From Silvanigrellaceae bacterium (lineage in GTDB: Bacteria; Bdellovibrionota_B; Oligoflexia; Silvanigrellales; CANGWC01), in assembly GCA_947457515.1 (NCBI GenBank), contig CANGWC010000002.1, positions 1-57,317 of the forward strand: a stretch of DNA of 57,317 bases, in the 5' to 3' direction. This document shows, piece by piece, positions 20,522 to 31,579 of this stretch (position 1 is the stretch's first letter; each line of letters opens with the position of its first letter). The notes beneath the pieces were generated by a model, which saw only the letters and a list, made by a program, of their open reading frames with translations, was not told the origin of the DNA and made no database searches. Both the position numbers and the translations under genes were made by a program.

Positions 20522-23500
20522 TTAGGTGAGTTGAGGATGAGGCACTGCCTGATCCGCAGATGGTACGCGTGTCATTTCTTCCAAGCTAATCTCTCTACCA
20601 TCTTTTTTGACAAGATTAATATCTAGCCCTAGAGACTGCATTTCTTTCACAAGAACACTGAATGATTCTGGAATTCCTGGAACCATTATATTTTCACCTT
20701 TGACAATAGCTTCATACATTTTGGTACGTCCCATAATGTCATCAGATTTTACAGTTAGAAATTCTTGTAAACTAAATGCAGCACCGTAAGCTTCCATAGC
20801 CCAAACTTCCATTTCACCTAATCTCTGTCCACCAAATTGAGCTTTACCACCCAATGGTTGTTGAGTGATTAGGCTGTATGGTCCAATAGATCGAGCATGA
20901 ATTTTCTCATCTACCAAGTGATGTAGTTTGAGTATATACATCACTCCTACAGTGACTGGTCTATCAAAGGGTTCACCAGTACGACCATCTCTTAAAATAG
21001 TCTGTCCTGATTCAGACAACCCTGCTAACTTTAGGTATCCAAAGATTTCTTTTTCGGTTGCACCATCAAAAACAGGATTACCGATAGTCACTCCATCTTT
21101 GTACTTTTGAACAAAAACTTTAAGATCATCATCAGTACAAGTCTTAAGGAATCTTTGAGTTTCAGCATCATCCCAAATTTTTAGAATATAATCTTCTAAT
21201 TCTTTTCTAGGACAAGCATCTTCCAACATCTTTTGAAGTTTAGCTCCCATTCCACGAGCAGCCCAACCAAAATGTGTTTCCATAATTTGGCCAATGTTCA
21301 TACGTGATGGAACTCCCAGTGGACTTAAAATAATATCTACTGGTTCACCGTTTTCTAGATATGGCATGTCTTCAACAGGCAATATTCTAGAAATAACTCC
21401 TTTATTACCATGTCTACCAGCAAGCTTATCGCCGACTTGAAGACGACGTTTGATGGCTATGTATACTTTAACCATCTTAATAACGCCTGGAGGAAGTTCA
21501 TCACCTCTTTTGAGTCGAGTAATTTGTTCATCGCAAAGAACCTTCACCATTTGAAGTTTTTCTTCCATGGATTTCTTGATTTTAAAGAGTTGAGAGTTCT
21601 TTTGAGCATCAACAATTTCTAACTTTTTGATAGCTTCAATGGAAATGCCATCAAAAATATCTGCGGTTATTTTTTCATTTGCAGAAATTGTTTTTTCAGT
21701 ACCATGACTCTTAATAGTTAAAGTCACAGCAGATGTTTCGCCCACAAGTAAAGTTTGTAGTTTTTCAATACTTGACTGTCTGATGATTTCATTTCTATCA
21801 GCATGGTCTTTATGAACTTTTTCAACTTCAGACTCTTGAATCTCAATCATTCTAGGATCAAGCTCAGCACCTTCTCTATGAAATACTTTAGCTCCAATCA
21901 CAACACCACTGACTCCTGGTGGAACTCTTAAAGAGGTATCTCTTACATCGGCTGCTTTTTCACCGAAAATCGCACGTAATAATTTTTCTTCAGGTGTTAA
22001 TTGAGTTTCTGCTTTAGGAGTTAATTTACCTACCAGAATATCTCCTGGCTTAATTTCAGCTCCTACTCTAACAATCCCTGAATCATCTAGATTATTAAGA
22101 GCTTCTTCATTCACATTTGGAATATCAGAAGTGATTTCTTCTCGGCCTAACTTTGTATCTCTACTGATACATTCAAACTCTTGAATATGTATAGATGTAT
22201 AAAGATCTTCTTTAACAAGTCTTTCTGATACAATAATCGCATCTTCGAAGTTATATCCACACCAAGGCATGAATGCCACAAGCACGTTTTGACCTAAAGA
22301 AAGTTCTCCCTTATCTGTGGAAAAACCATCTGCGATAATATCGTTTTTCTGAACATATGTACCTATTTTAACCAATGGTCTTTGATTAATACATGTATCC
22401 ACGTTAGATCTTTGAAATTTAACTAAGTTATAAATATCAACATCTGCACCAACATCATGTTCTTCACCTTGAGATACTTCACTAGCTCGAACAACAATAC
22501 GTTCTGCATCAACACGAGTAACAATACCAGAACGTTTAGCAATAACAGTCACTCCTGAATCAGCAGCAACTCTTCCTTCCATACCTGTTCCAATAATAGG
22601 AGCATGGTTTTTAACCAGTGGTAAGCCTTGACGTTGCATATTGGCACCCATAAGTGCTCGATGGGCATCGTCATTTTGTAAAAAAGGAATGAGTGATGCA
22701 GCAACAGATACTGGTTGATTAGAAGCAATATCCATAAGATCTATCTCTTCAGCCGGGAACATGTTAGTTTCCCCTGCATTTCGAGCATTTAAGAAATCTT
22801 TATCAGGTATTTTACCTTCTGCATCTAAATTCAAATTAGCTTGAGCAATGGTATGATTTTTCCACTCATCATTAGATGTGTAATACCTTACAGAATCTTG
22901 TGGTTCTCTATTCTTAATGTCCCTAAATGGTGTTTCAATAAATCCATATTCATTCACTCTGGCATAAGAAGCTAAAGAAACAATAAGACCAATATTTGGA
23001 CCTTCAGGTGTTTCAATAGGACAAATACGACCATAATGAGTTGAGTGAACATCTCGGACTTCAAAGCCTGCACGCTCTCGAGAGAGCCCCCCAGGCCCTA
23101 GAGCTGATAAACGCCTTTTGTGGTAAATCTCAGATAATGGATTCGTTTGATCCATAAACTGACTTAATTGAGAAGTTCCAAAAAACTCTTTGATCACTGC
23201 TGTAACAGGTTTAGCGTTAACAAGATCGTGTGGCATAAGATTATCTAACTCTTGAGTTTGTAATCTTTCTTTAATAGCTCTTTCGACTCTTGTTAGACCT
23301 ATGCGATATTGATTTTCGATCAACTCACCAACGGCCCTAACCCTACGATTTCCTAAATGGTCAATATCATCAACTTTATATTTACCACTACGAACATCTA
23401 AAAGCATTTTTACTGTGCCTAGAATATCTTCTTTTGTTAAAGTTCTATGCTCAATATCTGTTGTAAAATCTAGACGCTCATTTAACTTAAGACGACCAAC

Positions 23501-24721
23501 TTTAGATAAATCATAACTATCTTTAGAGAAAAAGATATTATTGAATAATGATAATGCATTTTCATAACTTGGAGGATCTCCAGGTCTAACACGACGATAG
23601 ACTTCTAGAAGAGCTTCTTCTGATGTAGATATTTTATCTGCATTTAAAGTATCTCTAAATGAGGAATCAACGTTGATGTCATCTATGAAAAGAATCTGAA
23701 ATTCTTGTATATTTTTATTAACAATAAACTGTAAAACAGCTGCATCAATATCTTGATTAATAGGTAGAAGAATTTCACCAGTATCATGATCGATAACATC
23801 TTTAGCAATCACTTTACCGATAAGTTCTTCTTTATTTAATGGAAGAAAATCAATTTTTTGAGTTTGTAGATGCTTAATAACAGAGAGATTTATTTTTCTG
23901 TTTCTTTTAACAAGAATTTTTCCTGTTTTTGGATCTACGATATCTGCAGAAGCTTTTTGGCCTCTGAGTCTTTCATGATCAACTTTTCTTGAAAATGCAC
24001 CATCTTCAAACTTAATGATTTCTTTTTCATAAAAGTAATCTAGAAGATCTTCATTAGAATAGTTGAGTGCTTTTAAGAGTAGAGTAGCATGCATCTTTCT
24101 ACGTCTATCAATACGACAATAAAGAATTTGTTTAGTATCAAATTCAAAGTCTAACCACGATCCTCTGTAAGGAATGATTCTTGCATTATAAAGGAATCGA
24201 CCTGAAGCCAGGGTTTTCCCTCTGTCATGACTAAAGAATACCCCTGGAGATCTGTGCAATTGAGAAACGACAACTCTTTCAATACCGTTGATGATAAATG
24301 TAGCATTTTCAGTCATCAAAGGAATTTCACCAAAGTAAACTTCTTGCTCTTTAAACCCTCTAATGGTTTTAACTTGTGTTTCTGGATGTATGTCATGAAT
24401 GACAAGACGAACCATTACTTTCACAGGAGCAGAATAGGTTATGCCTTTAGATCTGCATTCAGGAACAGTATATTTAGGATTTTCTAAAGTATAATGAACA
24501 AACTGAACTGATGCCAATCCCTCGTAATCTTGTACTGGAAATACAGATCTAAAAACACTTTGAAGACCTACGTCTTCTCTTTGCTCATGAGGTATGTGAC
24601 TCTGTAAGAATTTTTCGTAAGATTTTTTCTGTATTTCAATAAGATGGGGTATTTCAAGTACAGCCTTAACCTTGGTAAAATTCTTACGAGGACGAAAGTA
24701 TGGAGAGGCATGGTGAAGCAT
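20522..24721 (-). CDS. rpoB: DNA-directed RNA polymerase beta subunit
   Basis: 1399 aa. [27 protein letters not shown] motifs. Confidence 0.98.
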   Translation of the reverse strand: MLHHASPYFRPRKNFTKVKAVLEIPHLIEIQKKSYEKFLQSHIPHEQREDVGLQSVFRSVFPVQDYEGLASVQFVHYTLENPKYTVPECRSKGITYSAPVKVMVRLVIHDIHPETQVKTIRGFKEQEVYFGEIPLMTENATFIINGIERVVVSQLHRSPGVFFSHDRGKTLASGRFLYNARIIPYRGSWLDFEFDTKQILYCRIDRRRKMHATLLLKALNYSNEDLLDYFYEKEIIKFEDGAFSRKVDHERLRGQKASADIVDPKTGKILVKRNRKINLSVIKHLQTQKIDFLPLNKEELIGKVIAKDVIDHDTGEILLPINQDIDAAVLQFIVNKNIQEFQILFIDDINVDSSFRDTLNADKISTSEEALLEVYRRVRPGDPPSYENALSLFNNIFFSKDSYDLSKVGRLKLNERLDFTTDIEHRTLTKEDILGTVKMLLDVRSGKYKVDDIDHLGNRRVRAVGELIENQYRIGLTRVERAIKERLQTQELDNLMPHDLVNAKPVTAVIKEFFGTSQLSQFMDQTNPLSEIYHKRRLSALGPGGLSRERAGFEVRDVHSTHYGRICPIETPEGPNIGLIVSLASYARVNEYGFIETPFRDIKNREPQDSVRYYTSNDEWKNHTIAQANLNLDAEGKIPDKDFLNARNAGETNMFPAEEIDLMDIASNQPVSVAASLIPFLQNDDAHRALMGANMQRQGLPLVKNHAPIIGTGMEGRVAADSGVTVIAKRSGIVTRVDAERIVVRASEVSQGEEHDVGADVDIYNLVKFQRSNVDTCINQRPLVKIGTYVQKNDIIADGFSTDKGELSLGQNVLVAFMPWCGYNFEDAIIVSERLVKEDLYTSIHIQEFECISRDTKLGREEITSDIPNVNEEALNNLDDSGIVRVGAEIKPGDILVGKLTPKAETQLTPEEKLLRAIFGEKAADVRDTSLRVPPGVSGVVIGAKVFHREGAELDPRMIEIQESEVEKVHKDHADRNEIIRQSSIEKLQTLLVGETSAVTLTIKSHGTEKTISANEKITADIFDGISIEAIKKLEIVDAQKNSQLFKIKKSMEEKLQMVKVLCDEQITRLKRGDELPPGVIKMVKVYIAIKRRLQVGDKLAGRHGNKGVISRILPVEDMPYLENGEPVDIILSPLGVPSRMNIGQIMETHFGWAARGMGAKLQKMLEDACPRKELEDYILKIWDDAETQRFLKTCTDDDLKVFVQKYKDGVTIGNPVFDGATEKEIFGYLKLAGLSESGQTILRDGRTGEPFDRPVTVGVMYILKLHHLVDEKIHARSIGPYSLITQQPLGGKAQFGGQRLGEMEVWAMEAYGAAFSLQEFLTVKSDDIMGRTKMYEAIVKGENIMVPGIPESFSVLVKEMQSLGLDINLVKKDGREISLEEMTRVPSADQAVPHPQLT

Positions 24722-24762
24722 GACAATACCCTTTAAATAAAATTGTGAAAATGACTTACTAC

Positions 24763-25137
24763 TTATTTAACTTCTACAGAAGCACCCACGTCAGTGAGCT
24801 TCTTAGCAATTTCGTCTGCTTCTGATTTGCTGACTCCTGCCTTAACAGACTTAGGAGAACTCTCAACAAGATCTTTAGCTTCTTTTAAGCCTAGACCAGT
24901 AATTTCACGTACAACTTTAATAACGTTTAACTTACTTTCGCCACCTGCTTTTAAGATAACTTCAAATTCTGTTTGAGCTTCTGCGGCTGCTCCAGCCACA
25001 GGCGCTGCCATGGCCATAGCCATTGGTGCAGCAGCACTCACTCCAAAAATTTCTTCTAACTCTTTAACCAAGTCTGATGCTTGGATGAGAGAAAGGTTTT
25101 TGATATAATCAACGAATTGTTCTTTTGATACTGACAT
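24763..25137 (-). CDS. rplL: 50S ribosomal protein L7/L12
   Basis: Ala-rich hinge [19 protein letters not shown] and C-terminal [19 protein letters not shown]. Confidence 0.96.
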   Translation of the reverse strand: MSVSKEQFVDYIKNLSLIQASDLVKELEEIFGVSAAAPMAMAMAAPVAGAAAEAQTEFEVILKAGGESKLNVIKVVREITGLGLKEAKDLVESSPKSVKAGVSKSEADEIAKKLTDVGASVEVK

Positions 25138-25146
25138 AATAACTCC

Positions 25147-25662
25147 TTATTGGTTTTTTTCTCCTACTGCCTTCAGTAGATATACCCAAGATCTTTGAAC
25201 CCCTTGAAGCACGCCCATAATATTTCTATGGGGCGCAACAAGAAGACCAATGATTTGAGCGATGAGCACTTCCCGAGGTGGTAGAGAAGCGATTGCTTGA
25301 ACTTCACCTGGGTTGATAACACTTTGGTCAAGATAGCCACAGACTAACTTGATTTTTTCGTTTTTCTTTAAAAAAGCCGAAAGTGATGCAGCAGTGGCTG
25401 CCACATCACCATGAGCAAAAACAACGCCTATTTGACCTTTGAATGACTGAGACAAAGACTCCTTAGGAGTGCCTTGCAAAGCTTTTTTAACGATAGAATT
25501 TTTAACAACATGAAATTTAGCCTGAACTTTATTAAGCTCTTTTCTAAATTGAGTGAGATCTTCAACTGTCATTCCGGAATACTGAGTTAAAAACAGAGTA
25601 TTTACATCCGAAAATTTAGATGAGAGATCACTACAGTATGCATGTTTTTCTGATTTATTCAT
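25147..25662 (-). CDS. rplJ: 50S ribosomal protein L10
   Basis: Position between rplA and rplL. GMTVEDLTQFRKEL... typical uL10. Confidence 0.9.
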   Translation of the reverse strand: MNKSEKHAYCSDLSSKFSDVNTLFLTQYSGMTVEDLTQFRKELNKVQAKFHVVKNSIVKKALQGTPKESLSQSFKGQIGVVFAHGDVAATAASLSAFLKKNEKIKLVCGYLDQSVINPGEVQAIASLPPREVLIAQIIGLLVAPHRNIMGVLQGVQRSWVYLLKAVGEKNQ

Positions 25663-25667
25663 GAATT

Positions 25668-26354
25668 TTACCTAAACTGACCGATATCTATACAAATACT
25701 TGGACTCATTGATGAAGCAAGATAAATAGATTTAACGTATGAACCTTTAACAGATACAGGACGCGCACGCAATATCACATCAATAAAAGATCGTATATTT
25801 TCTTCAATCGCTGTTGTAGAAAATGAAACTTTACCTACAGGACAGTGAACTATACCTGTTTTAGTAACTTTAAACTCTACTCTACCAGCCATTGCATCAG
25901 TTACTGCTTGTTTAACATTAAGAGTTACTGTTCCTACTTTGGGGTTAGGCATAAGACCTCTAGGGGCTAATGTTTTACCTAGACGACCTACAAGACCCAT
26001 CATATCGGGAGTTGCTACTGAAGCTTCGAAATCAAGCCATCCGCCTTGGATTTTTTGAACTAACTCTTCTGCTCCAGCATCAATAGCTCCCGCATCCATA
26101 GCTTCTTTAATTTTCTCACCCTTAGCAAAAACAACAACTCGTATTTTTTTACCTAGACCGTGAGGAAGAACTAATGCGCCACGTACATTTTGATCCGCAT
26201 GTCTGGGATCCACTCCTAAATTAACAGCAACTTCAACAGTGCCATCAAATTTAGTGTAACTCATGTCTTTCAAAAGCTCAGCAGCAGAAGCTAAAGTATA
26301 AGCTTTGCCTTTTTCTACTTTTGAAAGAGCATTTTCGTATTTTTTACCACTCAT
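25668..26354 (-). CDS. rplA: 50S ribosomal protein L1
   Basis: [24 protein letters not shown]...LPHGLGK. Confidence 0.95.
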   Translation of the reverse strand: MSGKKYENALSKVEKGKAYTLASAAELLKDMSYTKFDGTVEVAVNLGVDPRHADQNVRGALVLPHGLGKKIRVVVFAKGEKIKEAMDAGAIDAGAEELVQKIQGGWLDFEASVATPDMMGLVGRLGKTLAPRGLMPNPKVGTVTLNVKQAVTDAMAGRVEFKVTKTGIVHCPVGKVSFSTTAIEENIRSFIDVILRARPVSVKGSYVKSIYLASSMSPSICIDIGQFR

Positions 26355-26782
26355 GATGCTTCCTTGACTTCTAAGCCCATTGAACGGGCCGAACCTTCCA
26401 CCATCTTTATCGCTTTTTCGATATCAATACAATTAAGATCTTCTAGCTTTATTTTTGCAATTTCTTGAATCTGACTAGGTGTAATCGATCCTACAAAACC
26501 TTTTCCAGGAGTTGAACTCCCTTTATCTAACTTCGCATGCTGTTTTAGAAGAACAGCAGTTGGAGAAGACTTTGTAATAAATGAAAAGGATTTATCCGAA
26601 TAAACAGTAATAACAGTAGGAAGTATAGCTCCCGCAAATTTCTGTGTTTTAGAATTAAAATCTTTAATGAAAGCAGCTATGTTAACGCCTTTTTGACTTA
26701 ACGCTGGTCCAACAGGAGGTGCTGCTGTTGCCTGCCCTCCAATAATTTGGAGTTTGACGTATCCTACAACTTTTTTTGCCAT
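26351..26782 (-). CDS. rplK: 50S ribosomal protein L11
   Basis: True start taken at internal Met (MAKKVVGYVKLQIIGGQATAAPPVGPALSQKGVNI), with ATG at 26780..26782. The ORF-track extension to 26830 looks spurious. Confidence 0.93.
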   Translation of the reverse strand: MAKKVVGYVKLQIIGGQATAAPPVGPALSQKGVNIAAFIKDFNSKTQKFAGAILPTVITVYSDKSFSFITKSSPTAVLLKQHAKLDKGSSTPGKGFVGSITPSQIQEIAKIKLEDLNCIDIEKAIKMVEGSARSMGLEVKEAS

Positions 26783-26876
26783 ATCTATTCCCGTACAAAG
26801 TTCTGGACATACCACGCACACAAAAAACAATCAACTTTTTATGTCCTTTTTAGCTCTTTTTATTTTATTTTATTTC

Positions 26877-26904
26877 TTGACACTTTCATGATTTACACTA
26901 TATT
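26877..26904 (+). promoter_or_regulatory. candidate sigma70-type promoter for rho
   Basis: TTGACA (26877..26882), 16 nt, TATATT (26899..26904), about 50 nt upstream of the ATG at 26955. Confidence 0.45.
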
Positions 26905-26954
26905 TAGTTTTTTCTTTTCAGATCAACAATCCCTCATTATTTATAGAGTCATTC

Positions 26955-28373
26955 ATGAACGACGAAACTCATTTTCAAGAGCCTGAAGAGCAAAACTTCA
27001 GAAAACGATTTAAACGCAACAATAGAAACGATGATAATTACTCTGGTAGAAAACAGAATGATTATCATAAACCTTTTCATCACCATGATGAAAAAGAGCC
27101 TGATTTTGATGCCACCATTCCAGTGATGAATCTTAAAGAGATTAAAGAGAAGCACATAAGTGAGCTTGTACAGTTAGCTAGGGATATGGGTATAGAAGGC
27201 GCATCTCATTTAAGAAAGCAAGAACTTGTTTTTGCTTTACTTGAAGGTCAAGCCCGTCGTCATGGCATGGTTTATTCTGAAGGTGTTCTAGAAACTTTAC
27301 CTGATGGTTTTGGTTTCTTAAGAGCCCCTGATTATAATTATCTTCCAGGTCCCGATGATATTTATGTTTCTCCTTCTCAAATCCGTAGGTTTAACTTACG
27401 TACCGGAGATACAATTAATGGCCAAATCCGTCCTCCTAAAGAAGGTGAACGTTATTTCGCTCTTTTAAAAGTAGAATCTGTTAACTTTGAACCACCTGAT
27501 CTTACAGGTGAAAAAATACTTTTTGATAACCTTACTACGATTCATCCGATTGAACGTTTCCAAATGGAATACGACCCTCAGATCTTAAGTACTCGGGTTA
27601 TTGATCTCCTTTCTCCTATTGGTAAGGGACAACGTGCTCTTATTGTGGCACCTCCTCGTACAGGTAAAACTGTACTTCTTCAAAACATTGCCAATGCCAT
27701 TGCAAAAAATCATAAAGAAGCAACGTTGATTGTTCTTCTCATTGATGAAAGACCTGAAGAAGTTACTGAAATGGAACGATCCGTAAAAGGTGAAGTTGTC
27801 AGCTCGACTTTTGATGAGCCTGCTCAAAGACATGTTCAAGTCGCTGAAATGGTTATTGAAAAAGCTAAACGTCTTGTAGAACATAGAAAAGATGTCATTA
27901 TTCTTCTTGATTCTATTACCAGATTAGCCAGAGCCTATAACTCTGTTGTTCCTCCCAGCGGAAAGATCCTTACCGGAGGTGTTGATGCTAATGCCTTACA
28001 CAAACCTAAAAGGTTCTTTGGAGCTGCCAGAAAAGTGGAAGAAGGTGGTAGCTTAACCATCATAGCAACCGCACTGATAGATACTGGTAGTCGTATGGAT
28101 GAAGTGATCTTTGAAGAATTTAAAGGTACCGGTAATATGGAACTTGTTCTTGATAGAAAACTTGCTGAAAGACGTATCTTCCCAGCTATTGATGTGAATA
28201 AATCAGGAACTCGTAGAGAAGATCTCTTAATACCTAAAGACATCCTAAACCGTCTTTGGATCCTCAGAAAAGTCATTCATCCTATGAACCCTGTAGAATC
28301 TATGGAATTCCTATCTCAACGTTTAGAACGCACAAAATCTAACGATGAATTCCTAGGTAGCATGAACGGATAA
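26955..28373 (+). CDS. rho: transcription termination factor Rho, with possible 57-aa basic/His-rich N-terminal extension
   Basis: Walker [20 protein letters not shown]-like RNA-binding domain GFGFLR. The canonical Rho N-terminus ([14 protein letters not shown]) begins at the alternative start 27126. Confidence 0.95.
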   Translation: MNDETHFQEPEEQNFRKRFKRNNRNDDNYSGRKQNDYHKPFHHHDEKEPDFDATIPVMNLKEIKEKHISELVQLARDMGIEGASHLRKQELVFALLEGQARRHGMVYSEGVLETLPDGFGFLRAPDYNYLPGPDDIYVSPSQIRRFNLRTGDTINGQIRPPKEGERYFALLKVESVNFEPPDLTGEKILFDNLTTIHPIERFQMEYDPQILSTRVIDLLSPIGKGQRALIVAPPRTGKTVLLQNIANAIAKNHKEATLIVLLIDERPEEVTEMERSVKGEVVSSTFDEPAQRHVQVAEMVIEKAKRLVEHRKDVIILLDSITRLARAYNSVVPPSGKILTGGVDANALHKPKRFFGAARKVEEGGSLTIIATALIDTGSRMDEVIFEEFKGTGNMELVLDRKLAERRIFPAIDVNKSGTRREDLLIPKDILNRLWILRKVIHPMNPVESMEFLSQRLERTKSNDEFLGSMNG

Positions 28374-28385
28374 TATTCTATTCCT

Positions 28386-28853
28386 TTGAAAAAATATTTC
28401 TTATATTTCTTTTTCCTCTTATTAAATCAGTGCCAAACATTAGACACAAAAACAGGATGTTTCCAAAGTAAACATCCTGGATTTACTGGGACCATAGTCA
28501 TACCCAATAAAAGTCTTATCTTTGATTTAGAAGCTGTTTGGAGTGATAACTATAACCAACTGAGTATTAAGCTTTTAGATCCCGTAGGTAGCCCTTCTGT
28601 ACCTTTTTCTTTTTCTTCATACTTAAATCTTACTCCAAAAGATCTTCGCCATTTCTTTTGTTCTTATCCTGGGGAAGAAGAGTGGGAATACACCGTTCCA
28701 TTAAGTTTTTCATCTTTGATCTCTCCTTTGACTCTTTTAAGTCCAACTCGATATCAAATTGTAAGACTCTACGATAAAACCCAACTTAAAGAGCTTAAGG
28801 TCTTTTCTGGATCTCAACTTATTTTCTATTTAAATATTCTTGACTTTACTTAA
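28386..28853 (+). CDS. hypothetical lipoprotein-like protein
   Basis: TTG start 12 nt after rho. N-terminus MKKYFLYFFFLLLNQC is signal plus Cys, but not a canonical lipobox. No recognised domain. Confidence 0.45.
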   Translation: MKKYFLYFFFLLLNQCQTLDTKTGCFQSKHPGFTGTIVIPNKSLIFDLEAVWSDNYNQLSIKLLDPVGSPSVPFSFSSYLNLTPKDLRHFFCSYPGEEEWEYTVPLSFSSLISPLTLLSPTRYQIVRLYDKTQLKELKVFSGSQLIFYLNILDFT

Positions 28854-29115
28854 GATCCCAAAGATTTCTTGAGATATCTTAAGAAACTCTTTTTCAGGTA
28901 ACGACATCAGCCTACTTTTAATACGCAGACATGTTTCTAATTTATTTTCCCAAGGCTCACTGACTTTAAGTCGATATTCCATATCTTCTAAGGTGTGATC
29001 AAGATCTTCCATGATTTATACTTTACTTAAATCTAAATTTTTCTCCTGATATTTTCAGGAGCATATTGCATCCATCGGCACTTAGATTGAAGATTAAAAG
29101 AAGAGGTATTCAACT

Positions 29116-30168
29116 ATGGGAAAACTTTTCCGTTTATTTCTCAGCATCACTTTGCTCATTCTCTTATTTTTAGCGATCTATTGGTGGAGCCCAAGACCCA
29201 GTGAAGATCCTATCCCGTCAAAAAATCATTATTTTGATATTTACCCCGGAGAATCATTTGCAACAATTACCTATCATTTAGGTGAAAGTCGTTGGTTCTT
29301 TCTACCAAAGTTATTCCAGATCTATGGACGATTATTTGGCTTAGATAAGCTCATTCAACCTGGAACTTATGAACTTCCTTCTACATTAAGTCCCCATGAT
29401 ATTTTACAAAAAATCACCTCTGGAGATTCAGTAAATGTCACCATAACATTTCCGGAAGGTTGGAATGTCACTCAAATTCTAGAGAAACTTCATATTGAAT
29501 ATCCTCACTTCTCCGAAAAGATCTGGTTAAATAGCATAGAACAATCTCAGATTTTTCTTCAAACAGAAATCTCTAAAATCCAAAAAATCTATAACCTACC
29601 CATGAATCTTCCTCCTCCAGAAGTCATTACTCTAGAAGGCTATCTCTATCCCGGACAATATCAATTTAGGCCTACAGCAGATCCTAAATCTCTTCTCACC
29701 ACTATGATCAAAAGATTCTTTGCTGAACTCCAAAAACCAACTCTCCTTGAAGCTCAAAAACTTGGATTCAATCTTCACTCTCTTGTTACGTTAGCTTCTC
29801 TCATCGAAAAAGAAACAGGTGCTCCAGAAGAACGTGCTCACATATCACAAGTCTTTCATACTCGACTCAAAAAAAACATGCGCCTACAAACAGATCCAAC
29901 AGTGATTTATGGATTAGGCAAAAACTACGATGGTAAAATCCACAAAAAAGATCTTCAAACACCCACCCCTTACAATACCTACGTGATTCCCGCTCTACCC
30001 CCAGGACCCATAGCGAGTCCTGGTAAAGATTCTATCAATGCTGCTGCGTTTCCCTCAGCCACAGACGATCTCTTCTTTGTAAGTATGGGTCAAGGCAAAC
30101 ACTACTTCTCTAAGGATCTTAACGATCATAATAAAGCTGTTAGAAAGTATATTCTGAATAAAAATTAG
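29116..30168 (+). CDS. mltG: endolytic murein transglycosylase MltG (YceG family)
   Basis: N-terminal TM. LASLIEKETGAPEERAHISQVFHTRL...LQTDPTVIYG...YNTY...LPPGPIASPG. Confidence 0.88.
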   Translation: MGKLFRLFLSITLLILLFLAIYWWSPRPSEDPIPSKNHYFDIYPGESFATITYHLGESRWFFLPKLFQIYGRLFGLDKLIQPGTYELPSTLSPHDILQKITSGDSVNVTITFPEGWNVTQILEKLHIEYPHFSEKIWLNSIEQSQIFLQTEISKIQKIYNLPMNLPPPEVITLEGYLYPGQYQFRPTADPKSLLTTMIKRFFAELQKPTLLEAQKLGFNLHSLVTLASLIEKETGAPEERAHISQVFHTRLKKNMRLQTDPTVIYGLGKNYDGKIHKKDLQTPTPYNTYVIPALPPGPIASPGKDSINAAAFPSATDDLFFVSMGQGKHYFSKDLNDHNKAVRKYILNKN

Positions 30169-30177
30169 GTTTAAAAA

Positions 30178-31482
30178 TTATTGATAACAATTATTTTTAT
30201 CAAATTCGATACATCTCAAATTTTTATCAGGTATATAACAAGAAGATGTTGCATCGGGTGGGGGAGCTGAGCCTACATATCGGGCCAATTCTCTTGTCTG
30301 ACCAAAACCCCCTCCCATTGTTTGAATCTCTACTGTTTTACCAGTTAAAATCATAGACTCATTTTTACCTTTGTAATCATATACTTTATCTCTTTTCACA
30401 ACATCAAAGCAATACTGATATTCATCAGGTATATTTGGAACAATAGCCATTCTTGCTGCAGGATTTCCATATTGATCTTTCGCTTGAGCAGCGCCTGCTG
30501 GAGCAATTTTAAGATTATATTGACCATATGTAATCATATCTTTCGCATCATTAAAACACTTATTTTTATCATCTTCGGCACATTGAATGTTTTTATTCTC
30601 AACAAAACAAGCAGTAGATTCATCTATGAATATTGGATTACCTTTATCATCAACACCTTTTCCGTCAGGACGAGCTTTTCTAGCTCTTTCATCTCTTTGC
30701 CCTCCTCCAGGGTTTCTTTCTTCACGAGTAGACGCATAAACGAAATCTCCTGCCTTAAAAGTTGCTACTTTTGAACCATCTCTATAGCAAAAAGCATAGT
30801 TAGAATAAGCAGGATCTCTAGGTTTTACGACAAATTTTGCTAAAGCTGTTCCGTTAGCTTGTGCTTGAGCAACAACACCAGCTGTTTTAGTTGCAGTCAT
30901 ATTACATTGAATCATTAATCTATCAACGTAACAAGTTCTCGTTTTTGTATTAGAAGAATCTGTAAAAAAAGCTGCTTTTACATAGGGAACATTAAAAGTA
31001 CCCTCTTTAAAAATACTCAAAGTTGTGCCAATAGGAATATCTTCTCCACTAGCACTGTTTCCCTCTTTTCTTTCATGACATAAAGCTAGATCATCTCCTG
31101 ATTGTGCAACTGTAACCTTACCTTTAGTGCATGTTGGAGTATCTTTATCAGTTAACCACTGAAATGTATCACCACCGCTAGATGCCGAAGTAGAAGCTGC
31201 ACTAGGACTAGGTGACGACGGCGAAGCTGCACTAGAACTAGGTGACGACGGCGAAGCTGGACTGGGTGATAACGAAGAGCTAGATGGAGCTGCTGAGTTT
31301 GAAGAAGTAGTTGTAGCAGCGGCAACAGCAGCAGCGGATAATGCCGATGCACCAAGTGTTGCTGCCGTTGGATCTGCAACTGAAGCAGGTGCCGAATCTA
31401 ACGCATCTGCAGCAACAGGTGCTACAGCTGGCCTACAACCCATGACTAAAAAAACGATAAACCACGCAAGATTTGATTTCAT
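30178..31482 (-). CDS. lipoprotein with A/S/P-rich linker and three Cys-motif modules
   Basis: Lipobox FLVMGC. About 80-aa Ala/Ser/Pro low-complexity tract. Thrice-repeated motif: TCYVDRLMIQC / ACFVENKNIQC..C / SCYIPDKNLRC..C. Confidence 0.6.
   Translation of the reverse strand: MKSNLAWFIVFLVMGCRPAVAPVAADALDSAPASVADPTAATLGASALSAAAVAAATTTSSNSAAPSSSSLSPSPASPSSPSSSAASPSSPSPSAASTSASSGGDTFQWLTDKDTPTCTKGKVTVAQSGDDLALCHERKEGNSASGEDIPIGTTLSIFKEGTFNVPYVKAAFFTDSSNTKTRTCYVDRLMIQCNMTATKTAGVVAQAQANGTALAKFVVKPRDPAYSNYAFCYRDGSKVATFKAGDFVYASTREERNPGGGQRDERARKARPDGKGVDDKGNPIFIDESTACFVENKNIQCAEDDKNKCFNDAKDMITYGQYNLKIAPAGAAQAKDQYGNPAARMAIVPNIPDEYQYCFDVVKRDKVYDYKGKNESMILTGKTVEIQTMGGGFGQTRELARYVGSAPPPDATSSCYIPDKNLRCIEFDKNNCYQ
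31193..31280. repeat. 30-bp tandem repeat, about 2.9 copies, inside the A/S/P linker coding region
   Basis: gaagctgcactaggactaggtgacgacggc / gaagctgcactagaactaggtgacgacggc / gaagctggactgggtgataacgaagagc. In frame (10 aa per unit). Locally GC-rich. Confidence 0.8.
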
Positions 31483-31579
31483 ACTTTACGTATCGTTCAT
31501 TTAAATAAAATTTTGAGTAGGCTAAATGACGGATTGAGAAAAGTTTTTAAATATATATTAAGATCAATAGCTTAGTGTT

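Noticed and set aside
16382-24487. Numerous 60-146-aa plus-strand ORFs inside rpoC/rpoB (e.g. 16382..16822, 17225..17661, 19811..20005, 20607..21622, 24227..24487). Similar antisense ORFs lie across the ribosomal protein genes (2516..2788, 4491..4727, 7759..8115, 9636..9869, 11100..11462, 13603..14297, 14999..15229, 15469..15717).
   Set aside because: All lie antisense to strongly supported conserved genes. They have low-complexity or Ser/Pro/Leu-rich mirror-frame composition and no start-site signals. They are treated as shadow ORFs.
26949-27155. 68-aa minus-strand ORF and the 26747..26986 plus-strand ORF in the rplK-rho divergent region.
   Set aside because: They overlap the rho 5' end or the rplK start and promoter region, have hydrophobic AT-rich-codon composition and no start signals. 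They are likely spurious.
28830-29012. 60-aa minus-strand ORF (MEDLDHTLEDMEYRLKVSEPWENK...) between the rho-linked lipoprotein gene and mltG.
   Set aside because: It overlaps the 3' end of 28386..28853 by 24 nt, has no SD or promoter I could see, and shows no recognisable motif. It cannot be excluded as a real small protein, but support is insufficient to call.
29043-29061. Perfect 7-bp hairpin ctcctga-tattt-tcaggag upstream of mltG, considered as a terminator.
   Set aside because: There is no U-tract on either strand and the stem is short. It may be a minor 5'-UTR structure, so it is not reported as a feature.
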